Below, piece by piece: positions 50,878 to 62,436 of a stretch of 64,000 bases of DNA. A program made the translations under genes and the position numbers. The number at the start of each line of letters is the position of its first letter. Within the stretch, counting starts at the first letter, position 1. The DNA is taken from NCBI RefSeq assembly GCF_006345805.1, contig NC_042999.1:63550001-63614000 (forward strand), read 5' to 3'. Source of the DNA: Octopus sinensis (lineage: Eukaryota). The notes under the pieces were generated by a model. The model did no database searches and was not told the origin of the DNA. It worked only from the letters and a program-made list of their open reading frames with translations.

Positions 50878-51477
50878 CGCTCTTTACTCTCTCTTTTACT
50901 TGTTTCAGTCATTTGACTGCGGCCATGCTGGAGCACTGCCTTTAGCCAAGGAAATTGACCCCAGGACTTATTCTTTGGAAGCCTAGTACTTATTCTATTG
51001 GTCTCTTTTGCCAAACCACTAAGTTACGGGGATGTAAACATACCAGCATCAGTTGTCAAGCGATGTTGGGGGACACACACAAACACACACACACACATAT
51101 ATATATACATATAAAGTTAATCCAAAGAAGAAAGCACAAAAAAACACAACAACGCGAGGACGTGGAACAAATATAGTATTATTGGACGCTCAGGAAAGAA
51201 GGAGGGTTTAATGTTTCAAGCGGAGCTCTTCGTCGAAAACATAGGAGAAGGAAAGATCCAGAGAAGGGAAGACTGAGGGAAAAAAATCGTCAACGGTACA
51301 CACGCGGTCATATACGACAGGCTTCTTTCAGTTTCTGTCTACCAAATCTACTCACAAGGCTTTGGTTGACCCGAGGCTATAGTAGAAGACACATGCCCAA
51401 GGTGCCACGCAGTGGGACTGAACCCGGAACCATGCGGTTGGTAAGCAAGCTACTTGCCACACAGCCACTCCTGCGCT
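50878..51477 (-). mobile_element. SINE group A split by a ~200-bp insert
   Basis: Both halves present around 51112-51310. Confidence 0.85.
51112..51310 (-). mobile_element. Penelope-like pseudo-LTR fragment with decayed minimal hammerhead (51206-51240)
   Basis: Minus strand GTTT-TCGACGA-A-GAGC-TCC-GCTT-GAAA-CA-TT-AAAC; core departs from CTGANGA. Confidence 0.55.
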
Positions 51478-51780
51478 TATATATATATATATATATTTTT
51501 TTTTTTATAAGTCTGATAATTATTCTAATGATCTTTTTTGCCACTAAGTTATGGGTCACAAATAAACAGCATCAGTTATCAAGCTGTGTGGAGGACAAAA
51601 AGCGCACATTTGCACACAATGGTCCTCCACACACTGTCCGTCAAGTTCTTTCACAAGACATTGGTCAGCCTAGTGCTCTAGTCTAAGACACTTGCACAAT
51701 GGGATTGAACTCAAAGCCATATGGTTGCAAAGTGAGTTTCTTAACCACACAGACATACTTGTGCCATTTATTTGTATATC

Positions 51781-52189
51781 TTTTATCTCTTATTCTTTTG
51801 TTTCAGTCAGTAGACTGTAGCCATGCTGGAGCACTGCCTTGAGGAATTTCAATTAAATCAACTCCAGTACTTTTTTTTTTTAAGCCTGGTACTTATTCTA
51901 TCAGGGACATAAACACACCAACACCAAATCCACTCCCATGGCTTACGGGGACATAAACACACCAGCATCGGTTGTCAAGCAATGTTGGGGGGACAAACGC
52001 AGACACAAAAACATTTACACACACATACATACATATATATATATATATACAATGGGCTTCTTTCAGTTTCCATCTACCAAATCCACTCACAAGGCTTTGG
52101 TAGAAGGCACTTGCCCAAGGTGCCACACTGGGACTGAACCTGGAACCATGTGGTTGAAAACCAAGCTTCTTACCACGCAGTCATGCCTG
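51781..52189 (-). mobile_element. SINE group A
   Basis: Reverse-complement match with a small internal duplication. Confidence 0.8.
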
Positions 52190-52599
52190 TTCAAGAAATT
52201 TAATACAAAACATCAGAGTTAAAATTGGAGTGGTGGGTTAGTATTATATATGATTGTTACAAAAAAAAAGATATGAGGATAAATTATGTTACTGATTTTT
52301 AATAGAAAAGCAGCTGTTGCTTTATATTCATGCTGTACTCAAGTAAAATGGGTAATAACTCTATAAATATTTTTATAGATTATTTAATTAGCTCTGATAT
52401 CTTTAATTATTCAATTATGATGCATGTGTGTTTTAAACCTAAAAATTATTGATGCACATGGTACATTATTTGCAGTTAATCAGATGTTTGAATTGGCATA
52501 TCTGTTGTCCAAGCTAATTGATGTTCAATGAAGAGTTTAAATTTCTGTAATAATGTATTTTTTTATGAAACTACATTAAATGTTCATTATATATTATAT

Positions 52600-52905
52600 A
52601 AGTGCAATGGCTCAGTGGTTAGGGCAGCGGACTTGCAGTTGTAGGATCGCGGTTTCGATTCCCAGACTGGGCGTTGTGAGTGTTTATTGAGTGAGAACAC
52701 CTAAAGCTCCACTAAGCTCCGGCAGGGGTGGTGGCGATCTCTGCTGTACTCTTTTGCCACAACTTACTCTCACTCTTTTTTCTGTTGGCCTGCTCACTTA
52801 GCCAGCGGGGTGGCATCATTTGAAGGCTAAAACAATATGAAGCGCATTGTGACCAGCGATGTGTAGGAACATCTGATAGTTTGGTCTGTCACTGTGACGG
52901 TGATA
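52600..52905 (+). mobile_element. SINE group D head and body with a different 3' tail
   Basis: A box TGGCTCAGTGG, B box GTTTCGATTCC, GTTTATTGAG.GA.AACACCTAAAGCTCCA shared with 25326-25643. Confidence 0.85.
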
Positions 52906-52917
52906 TAAGTACACAAG

Positions 52918-53640
52918 CGAAGTGTGTTCAGAAAGTATCCAACATTATTTTTTCATGCTGTGTGGACAGAATCCTTTGGGTGAGAGGTGATGCCACTTTT
53001 TCTGCATATGCATGAACATTTTCATGCTTGTAAGCTGCATCAATTTCTAGCTGTTGCACCTAGGATACAGATGTGTACTGCATCTTCATCAGATTTTCGT
53101 TTTCGTGCAAGATGACCAAATGCATCAAGCAGGGACCAGAAATGCATGTCTCTTCACTTGTGATGATGGTCTTCATGAAGTCTGCGTTGTGGTTTGTGCA
53201 GTTCAGCATGTCCTGAGCAATTTCCATGTGGGGTTGCTTCTGCTGTTCCACAAGCACCTTGGGGATGAATTTTATGAACACTCTGCATACACAAATCCTC
53301 CATTAGGATGTCATATACTGATCCCCACGTCCCGAGCAATTTCCTGGATTGTTACATGAATGGTCTTCCATGACTATTCACCAAACTTTCTCAATCAGCT
53401 CCTCGTTTCAGTTTGTGGCTGGCCCATCTGAGTGTACCATGGTTTCCAAAGCACTTGTACCTTTCCTTGATCTGAGCCTTTGCCCATGGCATTATCACCA
53501 AAGGCCTGCTGAATCCTCAGGATGGTTTGAGCTTGAGAATCACTAAGCTTTTGGCAAAACTCTGCTTGATGTGTTCAGTAAAAACGAAAATCCAATGAGC
53601 ATGCACTATACATTTATACTCTAGGTGCATTGTATAAATG
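52918..53640 (-). mobile_element. Decayed mariner derivative
   Basis: GSVYDILMEDLCM / KFIPKVL..QQKQPHMEIAQDML..FMKTIITSEETC transposase remnants; TIR-like GTGTGTTCAGAAAGTATCC. Confidence 0.8.
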
Positions 53641-53894
53641 AATCCAATAAAGTCATATCTCCCTTGGCTGTTTACTATCTTATAACGTATTGAAACAATT
53701 CAGAAATAGAGTGTAAAACTAAAATGACAAAATGATGAAGTGTACTTGGTTTCTGTTCATACAATGCTACATACCTCAGTTTATATATATAAGCTTCCAC
53801 AAAAACATATCTTAAAATTTTGTTTCAGTAACCCACTATATATATATATAGCAATACAAAAAGTTCTCCATTTGCAAGCATTCGGTCAATATAT

Positions 53895-54281
53895 CTGTCA
53901 CATTAAGTTGACAGCATACAACTACTTTATCGTATCACTACTGCATAAATCTTTCTGAGAGATTTAGAAATGTATTATTTCTATTTTTGAAATCAAGTGA
54001 ATGTATTTCACTAGAATAATTATATGTTTACAAGGGCTAGATGGGCATCTCCAACTAGCAAGCCATGTTACTCCAGACTGAAGATGAGCAATGACTCAGA
54101 AACTAGTCTCTGGATGCTGGCTTAGCTGGGTGGAGGTGCTTATCTCCCCCTTGTAAACATAAGGACACAGGAAATGTGTCAAGGCTGACAGGAAGTGGTG
54201 CTGCTTCCTGGGGCTAAATAGCAGTAGTATTATTCCCTTCATGGGACTGTCACATTAAGTTGACAGCATACTACTACTTTA
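53895..54281 (+). mobile_element. Retrozyme-like element: 352-nt monomer plus 35-nt terminal redundancy, with TSD
   Basis: 53895-53929 repeats at 54247-54281 (one mismatch); GTCAATATAT flanks both sides (53885-53894, 54282-54291); internal hammerhead and many hairpins. Confidence 0.8.
54062..54121 (+). ncRNA. Type I hammerhead ribozyme
   Basis: TCCAGA-CTGAAGA-TGAG-CAATGA-CTCA-GAAA-CTA-GTC-TCTGGA; intact core, GUC cut after 54108, stem I internal loop, palindromic ACTAGT stem III. Confidence 0.9.
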
Positions 54282-55234
54282 GTCAATATATCATTTAATA
54301 TCATCTTCATTTAGTGTAATTATTCCAAGCTGGCATTGTTTAGATAGTTTGTCAGGATTTGAATGATTCAAGGACTGCGATATGCTCTACTATCAACCTT
54401 GGCATGGTTTCTATGACTCTGATCACTTCCTAATACCAACCACTTTACAGCATGTACTAGGTGCTTTTTTTCCTGCCACCACTACTAATGAGGTTGTCAT
54501 GCAGTTTGCAGGACTATGGACCCCAAGAGAGGTAGCTTTATACTGGGAGATGAGGTGTTAAAGTATAAGTGAAGGGACCAGAGCAGAGCAGGCTTCTTGC
54601 TACAGGGGGGGGGGGAGCACATGGATACTCATATTTTAAAAGAGTGTGGAAAGGTGATTGGGGTGAAGCCAGGAAGAGATGAAAATAGTGGTGATAAAAC
54701 ATCTGTGTGGATCGTCAACATGCTTCACCATTTCATCGGATGAGGTGAGTAAAATTGAATGGGGCCAAAACTAGGAGCGTGAGTGAATGGGTGGGAATAT
54801 AATAACTGAAGAACAGATGTTGAATGGATGATAAGTAGGGGAGGTACGAAAGAGTAGGTTGGGTAGGGTTGATTCGTGGATGTAAAGAATAGTGGGCGAG
54901 GGGGAAGTGACCATTGGTGATAAGTAGACAAAGGAAAGGTGTGAGAAAGAGATATGACAAGTGGTTGAGTAGGTTGCATGAGTGTGTGAGAGAGAGAGAG
55001 GCAAGCATAGTATGTGAGAGATGTTTGGCAACCAAGGTGAGATGATTTGGTGGCTCAGTTGGGAGAAGAGGCAATATAAATATGGTTAGAGAGGACAGTA
55101 TTAAGGATGAGGGATGGATATCAAATGAAATGGTTCCAGATAGTTAGAAAGATTAGTGGCTTCAAGGAAGAACTGCAGTTAGATGGGAGGGAAATTTGAA
55201 TAAAGAATCCCATTGCACACACACACACACACAT

Positions 55235-55645
55235 TGTTTCTGGAACTTAGTTTTGCCAAGTTAGGTGGTTCTTCTTGAGAACTGCCAATCATACTAGTTT
55301 GTTATCTCTTCTGTGAGGTACAAGGTCCTGGGATCATCCTTCACCATTTCATCTTATGTCTTCCTGGGTTTCCATCTTTCACAAGCTCTATCCACATTAA
55401 GTGATCAGCACTTCTTTATACAGCTACCCTTATCTATATGCATCACATGATCATACCAATGCAATTTTCTTTCTTACATACTACTTCTGATTCCACTGAT
55501 GCCCAGTTTTTTTCTCTGCACATTTCTACTATGTCCTACATTCATACTTACATTGCACATCCAGTGGAGATGCTTGCTTCATTTCTTTCCTGCTCCATTC
55601 AAAGATCTGTATTACTACCATACATCATTGCAGTTCTAACACAAG
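55235..55645 (-). mobile_element. Old RTE ORF C-terminal remnant
   Basis: Diverged homology to 47580-47980. Confidence 0.6.
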
Positions 55646-56820
55646 TGTAATTTGTGATATATGTTGAATATGTTAAAATCATTAAATACAAGTCATTCAA
55701 AAATACTTCTTTCTTTGTATTAAATGATCTTAACGTATAAAATTACTTTCATTGCATAATCAATTTTGTTTTTGATCATAGAGAATATCTCCCAGATCCT
55801 AAATGTCTGATGTTCAAAATCTAAATCCCAAGACTGTTTTTTGAAAAAAATTCTCCAACACATGTCTGCAAAATGGAACTTTTTCAAAATCATTTTGATA
55901 ATTGTGTGTTATTTTATATATTTTTGTGGTGCTTATTTGAAATATCAAAATAGCCCTTTCCCATTACCTAAAGTTTTCTCACAATTTAATGGTAAAATAT
56001 ACCATAATCTGTTGGTAAATCCACATATGGTTGGACAAAATGTAACTAATAAAAATGAATTTGCTACTTTATTTAGCAAAATAAAATGGTACAAATGCAA
56101 TTAAAAAGTGAAAAAATAGATTTTTACAAGGGTTCCATTCACTTTATGGTTCATCACATCAAAATCTATTCTGTTACACTTGGTAACTATGCCTGGAACT
56201 CTTTCGCTTGTGAGCATTTGATGGACATTCATATTGCACCATCCAGCAGTAGTCAGCCATCAAACTGACATTTCATTTTCCTTGCTATCTTCTTTTCATC
56301 TCCTTTGTCTTGATTAAACCTTTTTCCTCTGTGCCTCACTCACCCCCACCCCAGATTTTCCAGAAAGAAATCCAAATGGGCTTGTAATAAATGAAGTTTA
56401 ATACTCATTTTAAATCCTAAGGCCTCAAACTTACAACGCACAGCCCAGTCTTGGAGTCAAACTCACTACCTCATAATTGTGAGTCTAACATTCTAATCAC
56501 TGAGCCATGCACTCTAATCACTGAGCCATGCACTGGCCTGCCCTCTTAACCAGCAAGGTGTAACATCATTCCAAAGCTGCATGTGACCAATGGTGTATAA
56601 CAGCATCCAACAGTCTGGAGTCTGGTCAGTACAGTAATTTATAAGTGTTTATAAAGGAAACATCATTAAATGAAGCAATAAACCTAGTAAACATAATAAA
56701 AACAATAACATCTAATTCATGCAAACTGCTCTGTAGAACCTAACTTCATGGTTAGAGCTTTTGTATATCAATGTTTAGATAGCATTAACAATTCAAAGGC
56801 TGTCAGTATGACTGCATAAC

Positions 56821-57047
56821 TTAACTCTTTAGTATTTAAACCAGCCATATCCAGCCAAAATATTCTACCTGGTTTATGCTCAAACTGGCCAGGTCTGGTC
56901 TCTCACACCTATCTGGCAATGTCATTTTAAAAATCAAGTTACCTCATCAAAATCTCAAAGCTACAATATAGTGCATGATTAATTTGAAAACATTGTGAAT
57001 AGATAAGCGTTATTTTTTACAGAATAATGTGAATGCTAAAGGGTTAA
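56821..57047. mobile_element. piggyBac-like MITE
   Basis: TTAA at both ends, TIR C(T)CTTTTAGTATT / AATGCTAAAGGG; same family as 25123-25668. Confidence 0.75.
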
Positions 57048-58089
57048 ATCAAGGGGATTTTTTAGGGTTATTTTTTTTTCACACACCTTCCTCTAGGAAC
57101 ACTGACAAAAGCAAACAGACTTCTTTGGTTCCAATGCTATGTCATTGTAAATGGAGTATACTTTCAAGGCATGGAGCATATGCAAAAACAGATATGGCAG
57201 CCCACTATGGAGGGGCTGCTATATCCTTTTTGCAAAAACTACATTACACAACTGCCATTCAGAAATTATTGCAAATTGCATTCATAGAAAATTTAAGTTG
57301 TACAATTTTTTCCAGCCTATTCTATTCCCACACTGCTAACAATGGCATATATTTCCATCTGATTGTATATATTTACTTGGGTGTTGATGTATGATTATTT
57401 CAGTTATTCATTCCATTCATAAAGTATTTCTCATTCTAAATTCACCTCCTAATAGTTTGTTTCACTTACACCATGGTTAATGGTTGTAAATCTACCACCA
57501 AAACATCATTTATATTTTTCTCTCACGAGTATATCCATTTGTATGATTTTCAAAAAAAAAGTTTTGTTTAGATTTTGATTTGGTTAGCATTTTAAATTAC
57601 TTTCTTTGCTCTTCTTCTTTGCTTCATTGTGACTCTATTTAAATCAAGGTTTTATCCATGCACATGTTCCTTTAGAAACCCTGACAGAAGTAAGCAAACT
57701 TCTTTGGTTTCATCATTTGGTCATTTAAAATGTTTATATTTGAATTATAATTTAATTATGAATTTATATAATTTTATGTTTTAAGGCCTCCTTCGGTTAG
57801 GGTAGACTGTTAAGGCCTCCTTCAGTTAGGGTAGCATATAGGGTAGATCATCCAAACCAGGCAATACATATCTGCTCAGCTGGGTTTTTTTTCTATTCCA
57901 GCTGCTATCATCAGCCCTTCACAGCACTTTGTGTCTTCTGCCGAGAGTCACAGCAAGCCTTTGAAATAGGCACTTAAAACTCACTAAATATGCACTAGTT
58001 TAGAAATTTGTGGGGAGAGATTAAGTGATTAAATCAACACCACTATTTGATAAGTACTTTATTTTATTGATCTTAAATGTTAACCTTAG

Positions 58090-60520
58090 TGTTTTGGCAA
58101 GAGTCATTGACATCCTGTGTGATTGGAAGAATGGACTAGCCAAGCTCTTATAAAGAATGGCGCATTGACTGAGAGTTGGTGGAAGTCGTAGGAGTCGTTG
58201 AGAATTCATGGAAGTTGTAGGAAGTCGCGGAAATCATTGAGAGTTTGTATTTCTTGGAGTATTGTATTTAGCAGAGTAATTTGAAGTACAGTGTGTGAAG
58301 ACAATCGTGTCTGTCCCAACTCATAGAAGGATATAAAAGTGGTAACGAGTTTATTCAAATTACTTTGGATGTGAACATTTTCTTTTGATACAAAACCAAA
58401 GAAAAATGAGTTAACATGGAAGACTTATTAGCCTCCGTGGTGCAGTTGCTACAGCAGTCACTGCAGCAATTACAACAACAAAAACTATACCAACAGTTGC
58501 TGGAATTAATGTTGAAGTCCAAAAATACTTCAGGTTTGTTCTCGTCAGATGGCATAGCAAATGCAATCACAGCACCAACAGTGTATATTAAGAAAATGTT
58601 TAATAGAATCAGAGTATCTGCTCGTATTTTCCAACTGGTTTTAATGAATGTCTTAAAACATTCCACTATGTGCTCGTATTTTCCAACTGGTTTTAATGAA
58701 TGTCTTAAAACATTCCACTATCCGCAACCTTCTGGAGGCTATTTTTGCGAAATTAAACAGTGGCAAAATATTTTCTGAATTGGATCTCTCTGACACATAA
58801 CTACAAATTAGAGTAGACAATGAATGCTTGAAGTACCTAACAGTTAACACACATAAAGGACTGTATAAGTACAACAGGTTACCATTTGGTTTAAAAGTTG
58901 CACCAGCAATTTTTCAACAGAATATGAATCCAATGTTAGTGGACTGTGAATTCGCAATTCCATATCTGGATGATATACTCATTAAAAGCAAATCCAGGGA
59001 TCAACACATCAAGCATGTAAAATATGTATTTCAAAAAATTAAAGATTACAGCTTAACCATGAGTGAAGAAAAGTATGAATTTTTCTTACTGGAAATAAGA
59101 TATTTAGGACAAGTCATTGACAGGAATGGACAACAACCTGACCCATCGAGGGCAGGCACAATTAAAAATATGCCTCCTCCAACTAATATAGTGACCTTAG
59201 AAACATCTTTAAGACTGGCAATTTATTACCAAAAGTATAACCCAAATATGCATACGGTTAGGACTCCGCTGGATAATTTGCTGGAAAAAGATATGGAAAG
59301 GAATTGGTCAGAAAATTGCCAAAAGGTGTTTGACAAAATTTTTTAAAATATTAATATCTGATTTGTTGTTAGATCACTTTTATCCTGCAGCAGGGTTTGT
59401 TGTAGCTTCAGACGCTTCTGAGTATTTGTATTGAAGCAGTAATGCTACATAAATATAAAGATGGTAGTATGAAGGTGGTGGTTCGTGCTTCACATTCTCT
59501 GATATCAGCAGAGCAAAATTATAGTCAAATCGAAAAAGAAGCTCTAGCAATCATTTTTGCCATGAAAAAATTTCACAGATTTTTGCACAGAAGTATCCGA
59601 TAATGATACACAGTTTACAGCATATGAGTTTTAAAATTTTGGCAAAATGTATGCAGTTGAACACATCTCTACTCCACCATATTACCCAAGATCAAATGGG
59701 CAAGTGGAACAGTTTGAAGATACATTTAAAAGGGCATTAAAAAATCAAGAAACAAGCTAGTTGATGACACAGCATTGATACAATTCTTGAGGGTTTATAG
59801 GATAACACCAAACCCAAACACTTGTTCAGGTAAGTCACCTGCAGAACTAATTTTTACTTAAAAAATAAAAGCAATTTTTGACAGATAAGAAAAGCAAATA
59901 AGGAAAACACTAAAATATGACAAAGTATTTTAATCTCAGTGACATGGTGTTTTTCAAAATATATAAAAATCGAAGAGAAGCTTGGGAAGGCAGAATAGTA
60001 ACAAAATGAATAGGCAAAAAAATGGGAATGCAAAAGACATTTTAAAAAGTTTTTAAAATATATGGAAAAAAGAAAAGATACCTGTGGAAGTGCTCTATGA
60101 CACCTTTGATATTCCAATGCCTTGAACTTAACGTAGCAGCACAAGAAAGAGGAAACAAACAGAATGGTTGAAAGTAGTGCCTAAATGGACGAGATATTAA
60201 ACTTCCCTAGGGAGTAAATCTCAAAGAAATGTTGTGGCAAGAGTTATTGACACCCCTGTGGGAGTGGAAGAATGGACTAACCAAACTCTTATAAAGAATA
60301 GCATATTGGTTGAGAGTTCATGGAAGTCATAGGAATTGTTGAGAGTTCATCGAAGTCATGGGAGTCGTTGAGAGTTTGTGGAAGTTGTAGGAAGTCATTG
60401 AGATCTTGTACTTATTGGAATGTCGTGTTTAGTGGAGTAATTTGAAGTACGTCATGTGAAGACAGTTGTGTCTATACCCACTTCGTGAAATCTATGTCTA
60501 ATGTATAGAAGGATGTAAAA
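58090..60520 (+). mobile_element. Ty3/Gypsy LTR retrotransposon, internally deleted and decayed
   Basis: LTRs ~58090-58338 and 60230-60520, PBS-like TGGTAACGAG (58340), 5-bp TSD CTTAG/CTTTG, gag, RT, RNase H and integrase remnants in Gypsy order. Confidence 0.92.
58760..59880 (+). pseudogene. Gypsy pol remnant (RT, RNase H, integrase)
   Basis: YNRLPFGLKVAPAIFQ, YLDD, SDAS, NYSQIEKEALAIIFA, SDNDTQF, PRSNGQVE; stops and frameshifts. Confidence 0.9.
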
Positions 60521-60644
60521 CTTTGTTAACCTCAACAAGATTTGCTTTCAGAGTATAAAGGGCTATAACTATGTACTCTAAGCTCTAACAATTCTGCCAA
60601 TCTACTACCTGAAAACAAATTTAATGATGATAATAATAATAATA

Positions 60645-61035
60645 ATGGTTTCAAATTTTGAAATGAGACCAACAATTTTAGGAGTGGGGTTAATCAATTT
60701 CATTAAACCCAGTGCTTGATTGGCACTTTATTTAATTGACCCCGAAAGGATGAAAGGCAAAGCTGACCTTGGCAAGATTTGAGCTCAGAACATAAAGAAA
60801 TGGAAGAACTACAGTTAAATACTAATGATTCTGTCAGCTTGCTACCTTAATGATAATAATAATCCTTGAGAAGAGGGATTAAGTTGATTACATTGTCTCC
60901 AGTACTCCACTGATACTAATCCAAAAGGATGGAAGGCAAAGTCAACCTTGGCAGGATTTGAACTTGGAATGTAATGACAAAATGCTATGAAGCATTTTGT
61001 CCAGTGTACTAATGGTTTTGCCAGCTTGCCGCCTT
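60645..61035 (-). mobile_element. Two decayed group B SINEs in (TAA)n
   Basis: GAAAGGATGAAAGGCAAAG core occurs twice. Confidence 0.7.
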
Positions 61036-61060
61036 TACAACAACAACAACAACAACAGTA

Positions 61061-61228
61061 ATCATCATCATCATTTAACGTTTGCTTTCCATGCTAGCAT
61101 GGGTTGGATGATTTGACTGAGGTCTGGCGAACCAGACTCCAGTCTGATCTGGCAGAGTTTCTACAGCTGGATGCCCTTCCTAACGCCAACCACTCCAAGA
61201 GTGTAGTGGGTGCTTTTACATGCCACTG
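61061..61228 (-). mobile_element. RTE LINE 3' end
   Basis: Conserved terminus with (CAT)n. Confidence 0.85.
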
Positions 61229-62084
61229 GAAGCGGCCATGCCCAAATGGCGTAAACAAACAAATGAAGTTTGCTTTAGAAGCGTTGAGATGTCTTAGAAA
61301 GTTAAAGAAGTGGTTTTAAATTCTCAAACACAGGATAATGCTAATAATATAGCCTGAAGAGAATAAGCTACCCCTATTTTGCAGAAAAAAGTGTTGCCAG
61401 CCGGCTATGAGACTCAAACTCACACCTCCGTGATTACACAATAACATTATAATTTCTAATTTAGGTACAAGATCATGCATTTTGAGGAAGGGGGCATTTT
61501 ATAATACAACTCCTGTACTTGACTGGAATTTATTTTATTAACCCTGGAAGGATGGAAGGCAAAATTGACACAAGAGGAATTTGAACCGAGACTGTAAAGA
61601 GCCACAGACGATATTAACACAGTCAGTGTTTGTTTTAAACTTAATTTCCTCTTAGTTGCAGATCCTTTTATCTGTTTGTAAATTCTCCTATAATGCTAGG
61701 TGTGCCTTGCTAATATTTCAGATCAAAAATAAATACATTCAGGAAATCCCGTTGCATCTAATTCATTGGCTAAAAAAACAAGTTTTTTATTTCCTGGTGT
61801 TTTATTGCTTGGTTTCTGTGTCTATGTCTATGTTGTCACTTTCCTTGTGGTGCCCCCACTCTCTCTTTCTGTTTCATTGAATGTGTACCTCTACGTCTTT
61901 GTCTGCACATTTCTCGGTCTGCAAACACCACTAGAGTGTCTTCTGCAAGCAAGCAAATATGTATTTACGGTAAGATGTTGTTTATTTTCTCAAAAAACCC
62001 CAAATTCGATGATGATGATAATTATTAGCTGCAAGCCGGCAGAATTGTGAGCACAAACCCGTCTCTGTCTGTTACTTTTTAAAT

Positions 62085-62436
62085 ATCACTTGTTTCAGTC
62101 ATTGGACTGCAGCCCTAATGGGGCATCACCTTGAAGGGTTTAGTCAAATAAATCAACTCTGGTACTTATTTTTAAATCTGATACCTATTCTCTTGGTTTC
62201 TTTTCCTGATGCACCTACAGGGATGTAAACAAACCAACATTGGCTGTCCAGTGGTTGACACACACACACACACACACAAAGACATATGGTTTCCATGTAC
62301 CAGATTCACTCATAATACATAGCTAAGCCCAGGGCTATATAGTAGAAGGCATTTTATCCAATGTGCAACACATTGGGACTGAATATGAAACCACTTGGTT
62401 GCAAAGTGAGCTTCTTAACCACAGATCCATGCCTGC
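62085..62436 (-). mobile_element. SINE group A (older)
   Basis: Diverged reverse-complement match to group A. Confidence 0.7.

Noticed and set aside
54725-55074. Three overlapping minus-strand ORFs
   Set aside because: Purine/pyrimidine-biased low-complexity DNA that lacks stops by composition
57085-57835. Diverged ~65-bp direct repeat (near 57087 and 57667) and a 29-bp tandem (57781-57835)
   Set aside because: Short, old local duplications with no further structure; the TTAGGG hexamers are isolated and not a telomeric array
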